64,000 nucleotides of DNA from NCBI GenBank assembly GCA_964410865.1, contig CAYPIQ010000001.1:180118-244117 (forward strand). Reading direction: 5' to 3'. Shown piece by piece: positions 19,968 to 29,103 of the stretch. This DNA is from an uncultured Spirochaetales bacterium. Lineage in GTDB: Bacteria; Spirochaetota; Spirochaetia; JAFGDJ01. Made by a program: the position numbers and the translations under genes. The notes under the pieces were generated by a model. It ran no database searches, had not been told where the DNA came from, and saw only the letters and a list, made by a program, of their open reading frames with translations. Position 1 is the first letter of the stretch. Each line of letters opens with the position of its first letter.

Positions 19968-21755
19968 TTATCCCTCTTCTATTTTGAAGAGCTGGCTTAA
20001 AAGGTTTCTTACCCTGGAAAGGCTGTCCATTCTGTCACGGATAGCCGTCGAGAGAAGTGTTGACGTACCTTTTATAAGGTAATGATTGTTAATCTGGTTT
20101 TTTACATTTTCCGCCGGGCTTGTGACGATTTCTTCGAATATTTTTCTGAGTCCCTCCAGGGCCTCTTCGCCAAGGGATATGAGCGATTTTACCGTACTTT
20201 CTTTTTGTAAAACCAGGGTCTTGTACATCCTCTGCCGCCCCGGATCCCCCGCCATCATGAATCTCGATCTCTGGAATTGTTTACCGTCGTTCGATTCCGG
20301 AGAAAGTGAATAATCGAAAAGCCTAATTTTCTCTTCCAATTCTTCCAGGGTAGTTGCATGCCGCAGGAGCCTGTCCTGGGTTATTCTATTCTGTGCAAGT
20401 ATGCCCTTCTGAATCAATTGGAGGACAACCTGAATATCTTCTTTGTATATGAGTTTTATAAAGTTATACAGCAGGTTCAACGATCGTGTGTGGGCAAAGA
20501 AGGGTACCCCTATTTTTTTGTAGTCTATACTGGTGTATTCCCGGTAATTATGAAAAGGTACGAGGGTTTTACCCTTGAAAAGTATCTGGACCTCCCTTTC
20601 TATATACCGTTTTCTTATTTCCTGGAAACCTTTGTCCAGCTCCTGCAGGACTTTCTCCTTCATTATCTGGTAATAGATTTCTTTCAGGTGCAGTTTCGGT
20701 ATATAGAATACAAGCTGATAGTACGGGTCCTTGGTAAAATACCGAATAAGGTCCGCCAGGGGCACATGAGCATTGAAGGCTTTTACCTTTGAATACACCT
20801 CCAGGATGTCCGCGAAAAGGGCTCCAGTGTACTCAGTCTGCTCTTCAGCCCTGGCCTCTTCTTCCAAATCTTCTTCTTCCAGCTTCATGAGTTCGAAACT
20901 GTAATCCAATATTCTTTTATCCAGTCTCTCAGGGTCGTCGATTTTTTCCGCAATATATACGGCATAGTAAAGCTTCTCCAGGTAATCCAAAGCTACAATT
21001 GCCGATGCACTCTTAAAGACCGGTTTTGTGTCTTCATCATTAACCTGTGGATTGAAATGAAAGAGGTTGAAGAAAGATATATAAGGAAAAAGGACTAATT
21101 CCTTTAGGTAATAAACAGGGGCCAGGCCACCTTCTACCTGTTCGAAAAGTTCATCCGGAATAAGTTCGACCTTCTCCTGCAATTTTTCTATAACCTTCGA
21201 CCTGAGCTTTTCCTTCATTCCCAGGCCGGAGTATTCTTCCACCAGGTCCTCCATGCTTATAACGTCTTCCAAATTCAGATGAATATGCTCGAGCCTGTTC
21301 TGCAGAAGAAAAACCACCGCCCCTTCAAAGGCGGCTTTGTTCATCCACAATTTTTTATAGAGTTCCCGAACCGGTATAATAGAGGCATACATGGTAAATA
21401 CTGCCTGGGCGAACTTCGGCGTCAGGTCCCGGGTTTCGAATCCCGTGAGGCCGCTGTCTATATTTATAACTTTTTTCTTTAATAACTTGATTTTATACTG
21501 AATGAAATTTTCCGACGTGCTCTTACCCGTCAGTCTGCTCTTTATCTGTAACAACAGCCTCCGGAAAAATGACAATCGTCCGAAATCCCGTTCAATTATT
21601 GCTTCCCGCTCTTTCTGAGAGATGTCATTTCTTTTTATAGTTTTTTCTTCATCCTCCACCATGAACATACTTTTATTAATTCTCTCGAGCAGTTCCAGCC
21701 GTTCCTTTTCCGAAAGAGTGCCGGCTAATTCATCGAACTTTGATTTTTCTACCAT
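19968..21755 (-). CDS. Hypothetical 595-aa acidic, Lys/Glu-rich cytoplasmic protein
   Basis: Long clean ORF with no recognisable catalytic motif; 5' end overlaps the stop of the thiamine pyrophosphokinase gene by 7 nt. Confidence 0.5.
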   Translation of the reverse strand: MVEKSKFDELAGTLSEKERLELLERINKSMFMVEDEEKTIKRNDISQKEREAIIERDFGRLSFFRRLLLQIKSRLTGKSTSENFIQYKIKLLKKKVINIDSGLTGFETRDLTPKFAQAVFTMYASIIPVRELYKKLWMNKAAFEGAVVFLLQNRLEHIHLNLEDVISMEDLVEEYSGLGMKEKLRSKVIEKLQEKVELIPDELFEQVEGGLAPVYYLKELVLFPYISFFNLFHFNPQVNDEDTKPVFKSASAIVALDYLEKLYYAVYIAEKIDDPERLDKRILDYSFELMKLEEEDLEEEARAEEQTEYTGALFADILEVYSKVKAFNAHVPLADLIRYFTKDPYYQLVFYIPKLHLKEIYYQIMKEKVLQELDKGFQEIRKRYIEREVQILFKGKTLVPFHNYREYTSIDYKKIGVPFFAHTRSLNLLYNFIKLIYKEDIQVVLQLIQKGILAQNRITQDRLLRHATTLEELEEKIRLFDYSLSPESNDGKQFQRSRFMMAGDPGRQRMYKTLVLQKESTVKSLISLGEEALEGLRKIFEEIVTSPAENVKNQINNHYLIKGTSTLLSTAIRDRMDSLSRVRNLLSQLFKIEEG

Positions 21756-22387
21756 AACTCCTCCGGTCCGATACCGTATACCATTATAAGTCGCCCCGTT
21801 ATCATTGTTACTTTCATTCTTTTTTCGGTAATTTCATTGCTTATCCCCGCATCTCCCTTATTCCATACCAGACCGTCCAGGGGCCATTTCAACCCTTCCG
21901 ATTCCATGGTACATTGCTCCCGTCCCGCAGGGAAAAATGATACCCTTTTCCCCTGCATATCGTGTAACACCAGGTTCTCTGAAACGGAAATAACCCTCTC
22001 GTGTCCAGTATACCACTCATCCGGGCGGTTGTCTCTGTCGAAGAGGCTCAGGATTCCTATGAGATGGTCAAGCCGTCCTCCGCCTCCGCCCAGGAGAGTA
22101 ATATAATCGGCTCCTTTTTCCCTTGCTATATTCACCGCCAGTTCCGTATCGGTATCGTCCTTTTCATGCGGAACTCTTATTATTCTTTCCCGGCGGAAGA
22201 GCTCCAGGTCTTTTACCCGGGTAAGGGAGTCCATGTCTCCGACAATATAATCAGGTTTAAGACAGTACATGACAGCCGTATCGAATCCTGAATCAGCTGC
22301 AATCATGATATCGCTCTTTTCCGCCGCCACGGCTATGATACTCGCCGGAGGCATCTCTCCCCCGGTTAAAATAAGTGCTCGCTTCAT
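21749..22387 (-). CDS. thiN: Thiamine pyrophosphokinase
   Basis: 212 aa; LILTGGEMPP, IAADSGFD...PDYIVGDMDS catalytic-domain pattern, C-terminal thiamin-binding beta domain. Confidence 0.8.
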   Translation of the reverse strand: MKRALILTGGEMPPASIIAVAAEKSDIMIAADSGFDTAVMYCLKPDYIVGDMDSLTRVKDLELFRRERIIRVPHEKDDTDTELAVNIAREKGADYITLLGGGGGRLDHLIGILSLFDRDNRPDEWYTGHERVISVSENLVLHDMQGKRVSFFPAGREQCTMESEGLKWPLDGLVWNKGDAGISNEITEKRMKVTMITGRLIMVYGIGPEELW

Positions 22388-22433
22388 CGTAACAGGATAT
22401 AGAAAAATAAATAATTCCTCAATCTTTTTTTCT

Positions 22434-22460
22434 AAAGGGGCGTCATGAGCCTCCGAAAAT
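22434..22460 (+). promoter_or_regulatory. Candidate sigma-28 (FliA) promoter for flaB
   Basis: TAAA-N15-TCCGAAAA versus consensus TAAA-N15-GCCGATAA (6/8 in the -10, CCGA core intact); about 50 nt upstream of the flaB ATG, which has a strong AAGGAGGA RBS. Confidence 0.4.
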
Positions 22461-22509
22461 TAAATCAGCAGAACAGGGAAGTTCTGTCCACATCATCAAG
22501 GAGGATGAA

Positions 22510-23382
22510 ATGGTTATTAATCACAACATGAGCGCGCTGTTCGCTCAAAGACAACAGAAATTCAACAATCTGGCTGTCGACAAAAACATGGAAGCCCTGA
22601 CTTCCGGTTTGCGCATAAACCGAGCCGGCGACGATGCTTCAGGTCTCGCCGTATCGGAAAAAATGCGCGCCCAGATACGCGGATTGAACCGCGCGGCAAA
22701 GAACGGCGAGGACGGTATCTCGTTTATCCAGACCACCGAAGGATATCTTCAGGAAACCCAGGATATTCTTCACAGAATGCGGGAACTCGCCCTCCAGGCA
22801 TCCAACGGTATCTACTCGCCTGAGGACAGGATGCAGATACAGGTCGAGATCTCGCAATTGGTGGATGAGGTAAACAGAATTTCTTCCCATGCCCAGTTCA
22901 ACGGCATGAACATGCTTACCGGCCGTTTTGCCCATGAAAGCGGTGAAAATGTCGTAACCGCCAGCATGTGGCTCCATATCGGAGGTAACATGGATCAGCG
23001 TGAACGAGTCTACATCGGCACCATGACCGCCCAGGGTCTCGGCATCCAGGGAACCAGTGGGCTGCCCCATTCGGCTACGTTTATCTCGATCAGTTCACCC
23101 GACCGAGCAAATATGGCTATCGGGCTTATCGACGGGGCCTTGCGTAAAATAAACAAACAGCGTGCCGACCTGGGGGCATATCAGAACAGGCTCAACTACG
23201 CAGTGAAAGGTCTTCTTATCGGGGCGGAAAACCTTCAGGCTGCGGAGTCGCGAATTCGCGATGCCGACATGGCAAGCCAGATGGTCGATTTCGTGAAAAA
23301 CCAGATACTCGTGCAGACATCTACGGCCATGTTGGCCCAGGCCAACCAGAAGAGTCAGGCCGTTATGCAGCTTTTCCAGTAA
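22510..23382 (+). CDS. flaB: Flagellar filament core flagellin FlaB (spirochete type)
   Basis: 290 aa; N-terminus [15 protein letters not shown]..., conserved flagellin N/C helices ([30 protein letters not shown]; [11 protein letters not shown]), short central region typical of spirochete FlaB. Confidence 0.9.
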   Translation: MVINHNMSALFAQRQQKFNNLAVDKNMEALTSGLRINRAGDDASGLAVSEKMRAQIRGLNRAAKNGEDGISFIQTTEGYLQETQDILHRMRELALQASNGIYSPEDRMQIQVEISQLVDEVNRISSHAQFNGMNMLTGRFAHESGENVVTASMWLHIGGNMDQRERVYIGTMTAQGLGIQGTSGLPHSATFISISSPDRANMAIGLIDGALRKINKQRADLGAYQNRLNYAVKGLLIGAENLQAAESRIRDADMASQMVDFVKNQILVQTSTAMLAQANQKSQAVMQLFQ

Positions 23383-23563
23383 TCTGAAACAACATACCCC
23401 GTACCGCAACCATTGTCGAGGCAGTCAGCCGGCTCGGCTCCGAAGAGCGCGGCAAGCCGCGGAGTATGAATCACACATGCGAATCAATGCCGCGTGTCGT
23501 CCTCGGCACGCGGCCCTATCCTTCTGCCTTGACAAGTAAATACCCCCCCGGCTATGTTGTAGC

Positions 23564-24919
23564 GTGCACAATAAGATACCCCATTTCCTTAAAGAAGCAG
23601 GTGCAGTGTTTGCGGACGCAGGATATTCCGCGTACCTGGTGGGAGGCGCCGTTCGCAATATCGTAAGCGGACGCCCACCGGTGGACTACGATCTTGCCAC
23701 GGACGCCTCTCCGGAAGAGGTCTCTCGGCTCTTTCGCCGGGTTATCCCCACCGGAATAAAACACGGTACCGTAACCGTTCTTCTTAAAGGTCACTCGGTG
23801 GAGGTTACTACCTTTAGAATCGACGGTACCTATTCCAATAAAAGACATCCCGATTCAGTTTCCTTTACTCCTTCCATAGAAAAAGATCTCGAGCGCAGGG
23901 ATTTCACTATTAATTCCCTTGCCCTTAACCTCGTTACCGGGGAGCTTCTCGATCCGCATGGCGGCGGAACCGATCTCGAACACGGTATTATTCGGGCTAT
24001 CGGAAACCCGGTAAAACGATTTTCAGAAGACGGTCTGCGTCTTATACGGGCATGCAGATTTGCCGCACAGCTCGATTTTACCGTTGAAGAGAACACCCTC
24101 GAGGGAATGCGCAGGACGTATAAAAACCTGGAAAATGTATCGGTAGAAAGGATACAGGCGGAGTTGGTGAAAATTCTTCTTACCCCGCATCCTTCCACCG
24201 CTTTTCGAATAATGGACGAAACAGGACTTCTGGAAGTCATACTTCCCGAACTCAGTGCCGGTCGGGGAATAGGCGCGAAGGGTCCCTTTGGGTACGATGT
24301 TCTGACCCATTCACTACTGTCCTGCGACGGTGCGCCTTCCGACAATCTTTCCCTCAGACTTGCCGCCCTTTTGCATGATATCGGCAAGCCTGTAACCCGG
24401 TTCGTCGAATCCGACGGATCCGAGAATTTTCATAACCACGAGAAGGTATCGGAAAAGCTGGCCGGCAATATACTCAGGCGTTTTAAATTTCCAAAGGCGG
24501 TGGAAAAAAGAACCTGTCGGCTGATCAGGTACCACATGTTCGATTATACACCTGAATGGACCGATGCGGCAGTTCGCCGGTTTCTTCACCGCGTCGGAAC
24601 CGATTATGTGGATGACCTTATCCGACTTCGCAGGGCAGATCACTACGGTATGAACGGATGTACGGGACCGATACCGTATCTGGAGGATTTTCGCCGGCAT
24701 ATCCGGCGCGTTCTGGAGGATGACTCAGTTTTGGGTATATCAGATCTGGCCGTTGACGGAAACGTTCTTCATCAGGATGCGGGAATCCCCAAGGACCCGT
24801 CTATGGGAATAATTCTCAATATGCTTCTGGAAACGGTGCTCGATGACCCCTCGCAGAACACCCGGGAAAATCTGATCACCATTGCCTCCCGAATGTACGA
24901 GACCATGAAAAATCCCTGA
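23564..24919 (+). CDS. cca: CCA tRNA nucleotidyltransferase / poly(A) polymerase family with HD domain
   Basis: 451 aa; Pol-beta NTase head (GYSAYLVGGAVRN...DYDLATDASPEEV), HD motif (LLHDIGKP). ORF-track start is GTG; the true start may be GTG at 23606. Confidence 0.8.
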   Translation: MHNKIPHFLKEAGAVFADAGYSAYLVGGAVRNIVSGRPPVDYDLATDASPEEVSRLFRRVIPTGIKHGTVTVLLKGHSVEVTTFRIDGTYSNKRHPDSVSFTPSIEKDLERRDFTINSLALNLVTGELLDPHGGGTDLEHGIIRAIGNPVKRFSEDGLRLIRACRFAAQLDFTVEENTLEGMRRTYKNLENVSVERIQAELVKILLTPHPSTAFRIMDETGLLEVILPELSAGRGIGAKGPFGYDVLTHSLLSCDGAPSDNLSLRLAALLHDIGKPVTRFVESDGSENFHNHEKVSEKLAGNILRRFKFPKAVEKRTCRLIRYHMFDYTPEWTDAAVRRFLHRVGTDYVDDLIRLRRADHYGMNGCTGPIPYLEDFRRHIRRVLEDDSVLGISDLAVDGNVLHQDAGIPKDPSMGIILNMLLETVLDDPSQNTRENLITIASRMYETMKNP

Positions 24920-24928
24920 CACAGGCGG

Positions 24929-25687
24929 TTATTTTCTTTTTTTATACTGATCGAAAAATTTGAAAGCCTGCTCCGCGGCCTTCTGTTCGGCTTCTTTTTT
25001 GTTTTTTCCCACGCCGGGTCCAAATACTTTTCCGTTTACTTTAACGTTTATCCAGAATGTTCGGTCGTGGTCGGGACCGGTCTTTTTGACCAAATTATAC
25101 TTTGGATAATTCTTGAATTTTTTCTGTACGAATTCCTGCAGGAGCGTCTTGTAGTCTTTCCTGTGCTTGTCCTGCAGTACCTTTTCTATTTCCGGTACCA
25201 GGAGCTGCAGAATGAATGTTTTACAGCTTTTAAAACCTGAATCGATAAAATAGGCTCCAAAAATCGCTTCCATACAGTCGGCCAGGATTGCCTTTTTTGT
25301 TCTTCCGCCGGAATACTCCTCTCCCTTACCTATGAGCACAAAGTTATCTACTTTTATGTTTCTGGCAACAACCGCAAGACTATCTTCACTGACGACAAAG
25401 GATTTTATTTTCGCAAGGTCCCCTTCGGCTTTATCAGTCAGGGTAATGTAGAGATATTCGCTTACTACCAGCCCGAGCACACTGTCGCCGAGGAATTCCA
25501 GCTTTTCGTTGTTATCGATATTCTCAGGATTTTCGTTTGCATATGATCGATGCGAAAAAGCAAGGTTCAGAAGATCAATTCTTCTGAACCTTATTCCCGT
25601 GTACTTTTCGAAAAGCTGTAACTCCTTCTTGCGTTCCGCGTCTATCGGCGGAGTCTTCGGAGCCTTTTTTCTTCCGATAAGATTCAC
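24929..25687 (-). CDS. rnc: Ribonuclease III
   Basis: 252 aa; signature ERLEFLGDSVLGLVVSEYLY and C-terminal dsRBD (KDYKTLLQEF...GPDHDRTFWINV). Confidence 0.9.
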   Translation of the reverse strand: MNLIGRKKAPKTPPIDAERKKELQLFEKYTGIRFRRIDLLNLAFSHRSYANENPENIDNNEKLEFLGDSVLGLVVSEYLYITLTDKAEGDLAKIKSFVVSEDSLAVVARNIKVDNFVLIGKGEEYSGGRTKKAILADCMEAIFGAYFIDSGFKSCKTFILQLLVPEIEKVLQDKHRKDYKTLLQEFVQKKFKNYPKYNLVKKTGPDHDRTFWINVKVNGKVFGPGVGKNKKEAEQKAAEQAFKFFDQYKKRK

Positions 25688-25699
25688 TTTTGTTCAGTA

Positions 25700-25936
25700 C
25701 TACCCCTGCTGCGATTTGATAAACTCAAGCGCATCCGCAACGGTTTCGAATTCGTTTGCCTTTTCGTCGGGAATGGTGATGCCCATTTCCTCTTCGATAG
25801 CGTACACCAGCTCGTACGTATCGAGACTATCCGCACCGAGATCCTGTCTGAAGGAGGATTCCGGTGTGATCTTGTCTTCTTCCACCTCGAGCTTTTCGGC
25901 AATTAATTTTTTAACTTTCTCGAACAATTCGTCCAT
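25700..25936 (-). CDS. acpP: Acyl carrier protein
   Basis: 78 aa; DLGADSLDTYELVYAIEEEMGI with the phosphopantetheine-attachment serine. Confidence 0.9.
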   Translation of the reverse strand: MDELFEKVKKLIAEKLEVEEDKITPESSFRQDLGADSLDTYELVYAIEEEMGITIPDEKANEFETVADALEFIKSQQG

Positions 25937-25949
25937 ACTTCACTCCTTT

Positions 25950-26138
25950 TTAAGCCATTTCTTCGGGCTCAAAAACTTGTTTTCCCTTGTAAAACCCACA
26001 TTTTGGGCAAATTCTATGGGGAAGGACCCTGTTTCCGCAATTTGCGCATTCTACAAGATCCGGAGTACGCAGTCTCATATTCGCGGCTTTCCTGCTTCTC
26101 GTTTTCGATTTCGAAGTTTTATGTTTTGGTACAGCCAT
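25950..26138 (-). CDS. rpmF: 50S ribosomal protein L32
   Basis: True product is MAVPKHKTSKSKTRSRK...CANCGNRV..HRICPKCGFYKGK (62 aa, zinc-ribbon L32). The ORF-track entry (25950..26210) is over-extended upstream to an earlier in-frame Met. Confidence 0.85.
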   Translation of the reverse strand: MAVPKHKTSKSKTRSRKAANMRLRTPDLVECANCGNRVLPHRICPKCGFYKGKQVFEPEEMA

Positions 26139-26202
26139 ACGTGAACCTCTTCCTTCTCCATTCTTTGTATTTGACAGACCATACAATATAGGCCGTCTAA
26201 TG

Positions 26203-26685
26203 TCAAGCACTCGGGAATTTGCGTTTCAGTGCTTCGACGACAACATCCGGAACCATCTTTGAGATCTTTCCCTGCATGCCGGCTATCTGCTTTATGGCGG
26301 ATGATCTCAATACGAAATACTTAGGATCAGTAGGCATGAATACAATCTCGATGTCCGGATTCAGGCTCTTGTTCATCATTGCCAGCTCGAACTCGTACCC
26401 GAAATCGGTTAGAGCCCTGACACCTCGTATAATGACCCGTGCTCCGACTTCTACGGCAAACTCTACAATGAGCTTGTCCCATACATGAACTCGCGTATTG
26501 GGTATGTCCTTGCATATCTCGATGAGCATTGCATATCTTTCTTCAGCTGAAAAAAGGCATTGCTTATTTTCGTTATCCGCAACGACAACCTCTATCTCGT
26601 CAAAAATACGGGATACACGCTCTATGATATTGACGTGGCCTTTTGTCGGCGGATCAAAAGTTCCGGGGAATACTGCTTTAATCAT
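26203..26685 (-). CDS. coaD: Phosphopantetheine adenylyltransferase
   Basis: 160 aa; MIKAVFPGTFDPPTKGHVNIIERV (HxGH nucleotidyltransferase motif). Confidence 0.9.
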   Translation of the reverse strand: MIKAVFPGTFDPPTKGHVNIIERVSRIFDEIEVVVADNENKQCLFSAEERYAMLIEICKDIPNTRVHVWDKLIVEFAVEVGARVIIRGVRALTDFGYEFELAMMNKSLNPDIEIVFMPTDPKYFVLRSSAIKQIAGMQGKISKMVPDVVVEALKRKFPSA

Positions 26686-26769
26686 ACCAGCTACTTCTTA
26701 TCAGAAACTAATGATGTCGTCAATAAAGAGAAAAGCCCCTTTTCCATTAAAAAGAAAACGTTTTGACAA

Positions 26770-27378
26770 ATGATGGTTAAATATGTACAATTCATTGTAA
26801 TGAAGCACCTGATCTCCCGGTTTTACGGCTTAATACTGGTGATATTCATCGCCGGCTGTTCGACCCCCGGCCGGTCACCCCTGGTCGAAGAACCTGAGAA
26901 AACAGTTGAAGAAGCTCCCGCAGCGGCTGAAGAACCTCCCCGGGAAGCACCTGAACCGGAAGAGGAGACTTCCGACCTGGCGCTTGAGAAAGAAACCTTT
27001 ACTGTTGCCGAAGAGGTGTATGAGCGTACCTTCCAGGATATAGGAGTCCTTATTAGTAATCTCAATACCATCATCCAGAGTCAAGACTATGAAACCTGGC
27101 TCTCGTACCTTTCGGAAGCCTATATCGAACGATATTCGGACCAGGAAGTATTGAAAGAGCTCTCCCGGCAGCCCTTGCTACAGAAATACAATATAGAACT
27201 TTCCAACCTTCGGGATTATTTTACTTATGTCGTGGTACCGAGCAGATCCAACGCCCGTCTTGACGATCTCGTGTTCGAGGATGAACGTCATGTAAAGGCT
27301 ATTATGCTGGTAAACGGACAACGTACTATCCTCTACCAGCTTGTATATATTGGTAACCGATGGAAAATCGGTGTTTAA
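26770..27378 (+). CDS. Hypothetical lipoprotein with Pro/Glu-rich linker
   Basis: Signal peptide plus lipobox (ILVIFIAGCSTPG), EEPxxAP-rich segment, globular C-terminal domain. Confidence 0.5.
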   Translation: MMVKYVQFIVMKHLISRFYGLILVIFIAGCSTPGRSPLVEEPEKTVEEAPAAAEEPPREAPEPEEETSDLALEKETFTVAEEVYERTFQDIGVLISNLNTIIQSQDYETWLSYLSEAYIERYSDQEVLKELSRQPLLQKYNIELSNLRDYFTYVVVPSRSNARLDDLVFEDERHVKAIMLVNGQRTILYQLVYIGNRWKIGV

Positions 27379-27415
27379 ATATGGATGAAAGAAATACTTG
27401 TAACGGGGAGATACT

Positions 27416-28126
27416 ATGAAACGATTCATATCGATTGCCCTTATTCTGATTCTCGGAATAACATGTTCAGCCTTTGCCCAGGACTCACGGTCAAGCGGTG
27501 ACGGTGCTGAAACTACCGTTGAAGAATTGTATCTTCGCAATATGGAAATCAGGATAATCCGCGAACAAGCCGTAACGCTGGACCGGGATATAAAACTGCT
27601 GGCCTTAAAGAGTATCGAAGAAATGATTGACGACGGCAAAGTTTCTTCAGGGGATCCGGAAACCCACTATGTCCTCGATTACCTGGCGAATGAAGGGATA
27701 GGCCACATGGTCCGGGAGAACAACAGGCTGGTGAATAATTTCCCTATTGTCCGTAAAGAAGCCTGTGCCCTCCTCGGTGAACTGGGCGGAGAAAATTCCG
27801 TAAACACCCTTGTTCTCATCATGTCCAACGATAATGAACCCATGGTGCTCTCTGAAGCCGCGTATGCCCTGGGTGTTATCGGTTTAAACGAGGACAACAT
27901 GGTATCTTCAGCCATCGCAGACGCCGTACTGCGGCAGGACGCTCTGAATCCCAGCGACAATTTTGCCTATGCAGCTCTTCTGGCATTTCAAAAAATTGCC
28001 GTCAGCAATAACGGGCTCCGGGACCCGGCCGCCATTCGGGCTGTAATAGCTATTACACAGGGCAATTATATTCGCGAGGTAAAAACCAAGGCGAACGATG
28101 TGCTGAACGAAATGCGAAAATATTAA
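27416..28126 (+). CDS. Secreted HEAT-repeat protein
   Basis: 236 aa; cleavable signal peptide (LILGITCSAFAQD), repeated HEAT/PBS-lyase-like helical pairs (VRKEACALLGELGG..., VLSEAAYALGVIGL...). Confidence 0.6.
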   Translation: MKRFISIALILILGITCSAFAQDSRSSGDGAETTVEELYLRNMEIRIIREQAVTLDRDIKLLALKSIEEMIDDGKVSSGDPETHYVLDYLANEGIGHMVRENNRLVNNFPIVRKEACALLGELGGENSVNTLVLIMSNDNEPMVLSEAAYALGVIGLNEDNMVSSAIADAVLRQDALNPSDNFAYAALLAFQKIAVSNNGLRDPAAIRAVIAITQGNYIREVKTKANDVLNEMRKY

Positions 28127-28135
28127 CAGGTGTCG

Positions 28136-28167
28136 GCCGCCCCTTCCTTAAGGGGCGCGGTTTATTT
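28136..28167 (+). terminator. Putative rho-independent terminator after the HEAT-repeat gene
   Basis: GGCCGCCCC-TTCCTTAA-GGGGCGCGG hairpin followed by TTTATTT. Confidence 0.4.
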
Positions 28168-28170
28168 CCC

Positions 28171-28566
28171 CTATCCTCCCCTTTTTTTATATTGTTCATC
28201 GATTATGACAAGGTCCTGTCGCCAATCCTTTTTCGTATCCTTATCTTCGTACTGAATCCTCTTCCTAATAAAAAAGGTCATCTGTTTCGAATTTCTCTTC
28301 TGAATTATACCGAAACTTCCGTTTCCCAGGTAGCATATCGTCTCGTCTTCTTGAATATTCTCTTCTTCAGCTATTTTTTTTATAATACATTCGAAGTGCG
28401 CAGGTTGTCCTGTCAGTTTTTCCGTAATGGCTGATGCTATTTCGAATATAGCCTCTCCGCAAATTGGGCACGGAGTATCATACGCCGGCTGTCTGTTCTT
28501 CCTGCCGTCACTTTTGCGCTTCTCTGAACGATGTGAAGGGCGTTTGCTGCCGCGTCTTTGTGTCAT
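28171..28566 (-). CDS. Hypothetical small basic protein with CPxCG zinc-ribbon-like motif
   Basis: 131 aa; highly basic N-terminus (RRGSKRPSHRSEKRKSDGRKNRQ), CPICGEAIFE...HFEC. Confidence 0.4.
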   Translation of the reverse strand: MTQRRGSKRPSHRSEKRKSDGRKNRQPAYDTPCPICGEAIFEIASAITEKLTGQPAHFECIIKKIAEEENIQEDETICYLGNGSFGIIQKRNSKQMTFFIRKRIQYEDKDTKKDWRQDLVIIDEQYKKRGG

Positions 28567-28737
28567 AGATGTTCCTTATACCAAAATAATTTCAGGAAAT
28601 ACCCTTGTGTTTCTGTGTCAGTTCCTTCGTAAGAATAACTGCAAGACTCTGTATGGCATGGGCCATGTACGTTTCGTCGTTTATCTTCTTTTTTAACTCT
28701 TCGAGTTTTTTCGGGTCAGTCTGCTTAGCTATACGTA

Positions 28738-29103
28738 TCATACCACCCCTGACTCCGTAAAGGCATTCTTGAAATGGTGTATCCTGTTTGCGTCGCCTTC
28801 CATAAGAATAACGTCGAACCGCACATGCCTGGTCTCCTCGTTTCTCCGTTCGGCTAAAAACGACCGGGCGGTACGAATAATCCGATTCCTCTTACCTGCG
28901 TTTACTATTCTTTCAAGCTCCATTTCATCATACCCGTTCCAGTTCTTTATTTCGAAAAAGACGATCAGGTCTCCCTTTTCCGCTATAATATCTATCTCTC
29001 CTCCGGCCTTCCTGTAATTCCTCTTCAGTATCCTGAACCCGGAATTTTCGATAAAACCTGCGGCTCTGTCTTCCCCCGCACGACCCTTTTTTGCTGTATC
29101 CAT
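28738..29103 (-). CDS. yraN: YraN-family (UPF0102) endonuclease-like protein
   Basis: 121 aa; GRAGEDRAAGFIENSGFRILKRNYRKAGGEIDIIAEKGDLIVFFEIK (PD-(D/E)xK-like YraN pattern). Confidence 0.8.
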   Translation of the reverse strand: MDTAKKGRAGEDRAAGFIENSGFRILKRNYRKAGGEIDIIAEKGDLIVFFEIKNWNGYDEMELERIVNAGKRNRIIRTARSFLAERRNEETRHVRFDVILMEGDANRIHHFKNAFTESGVV

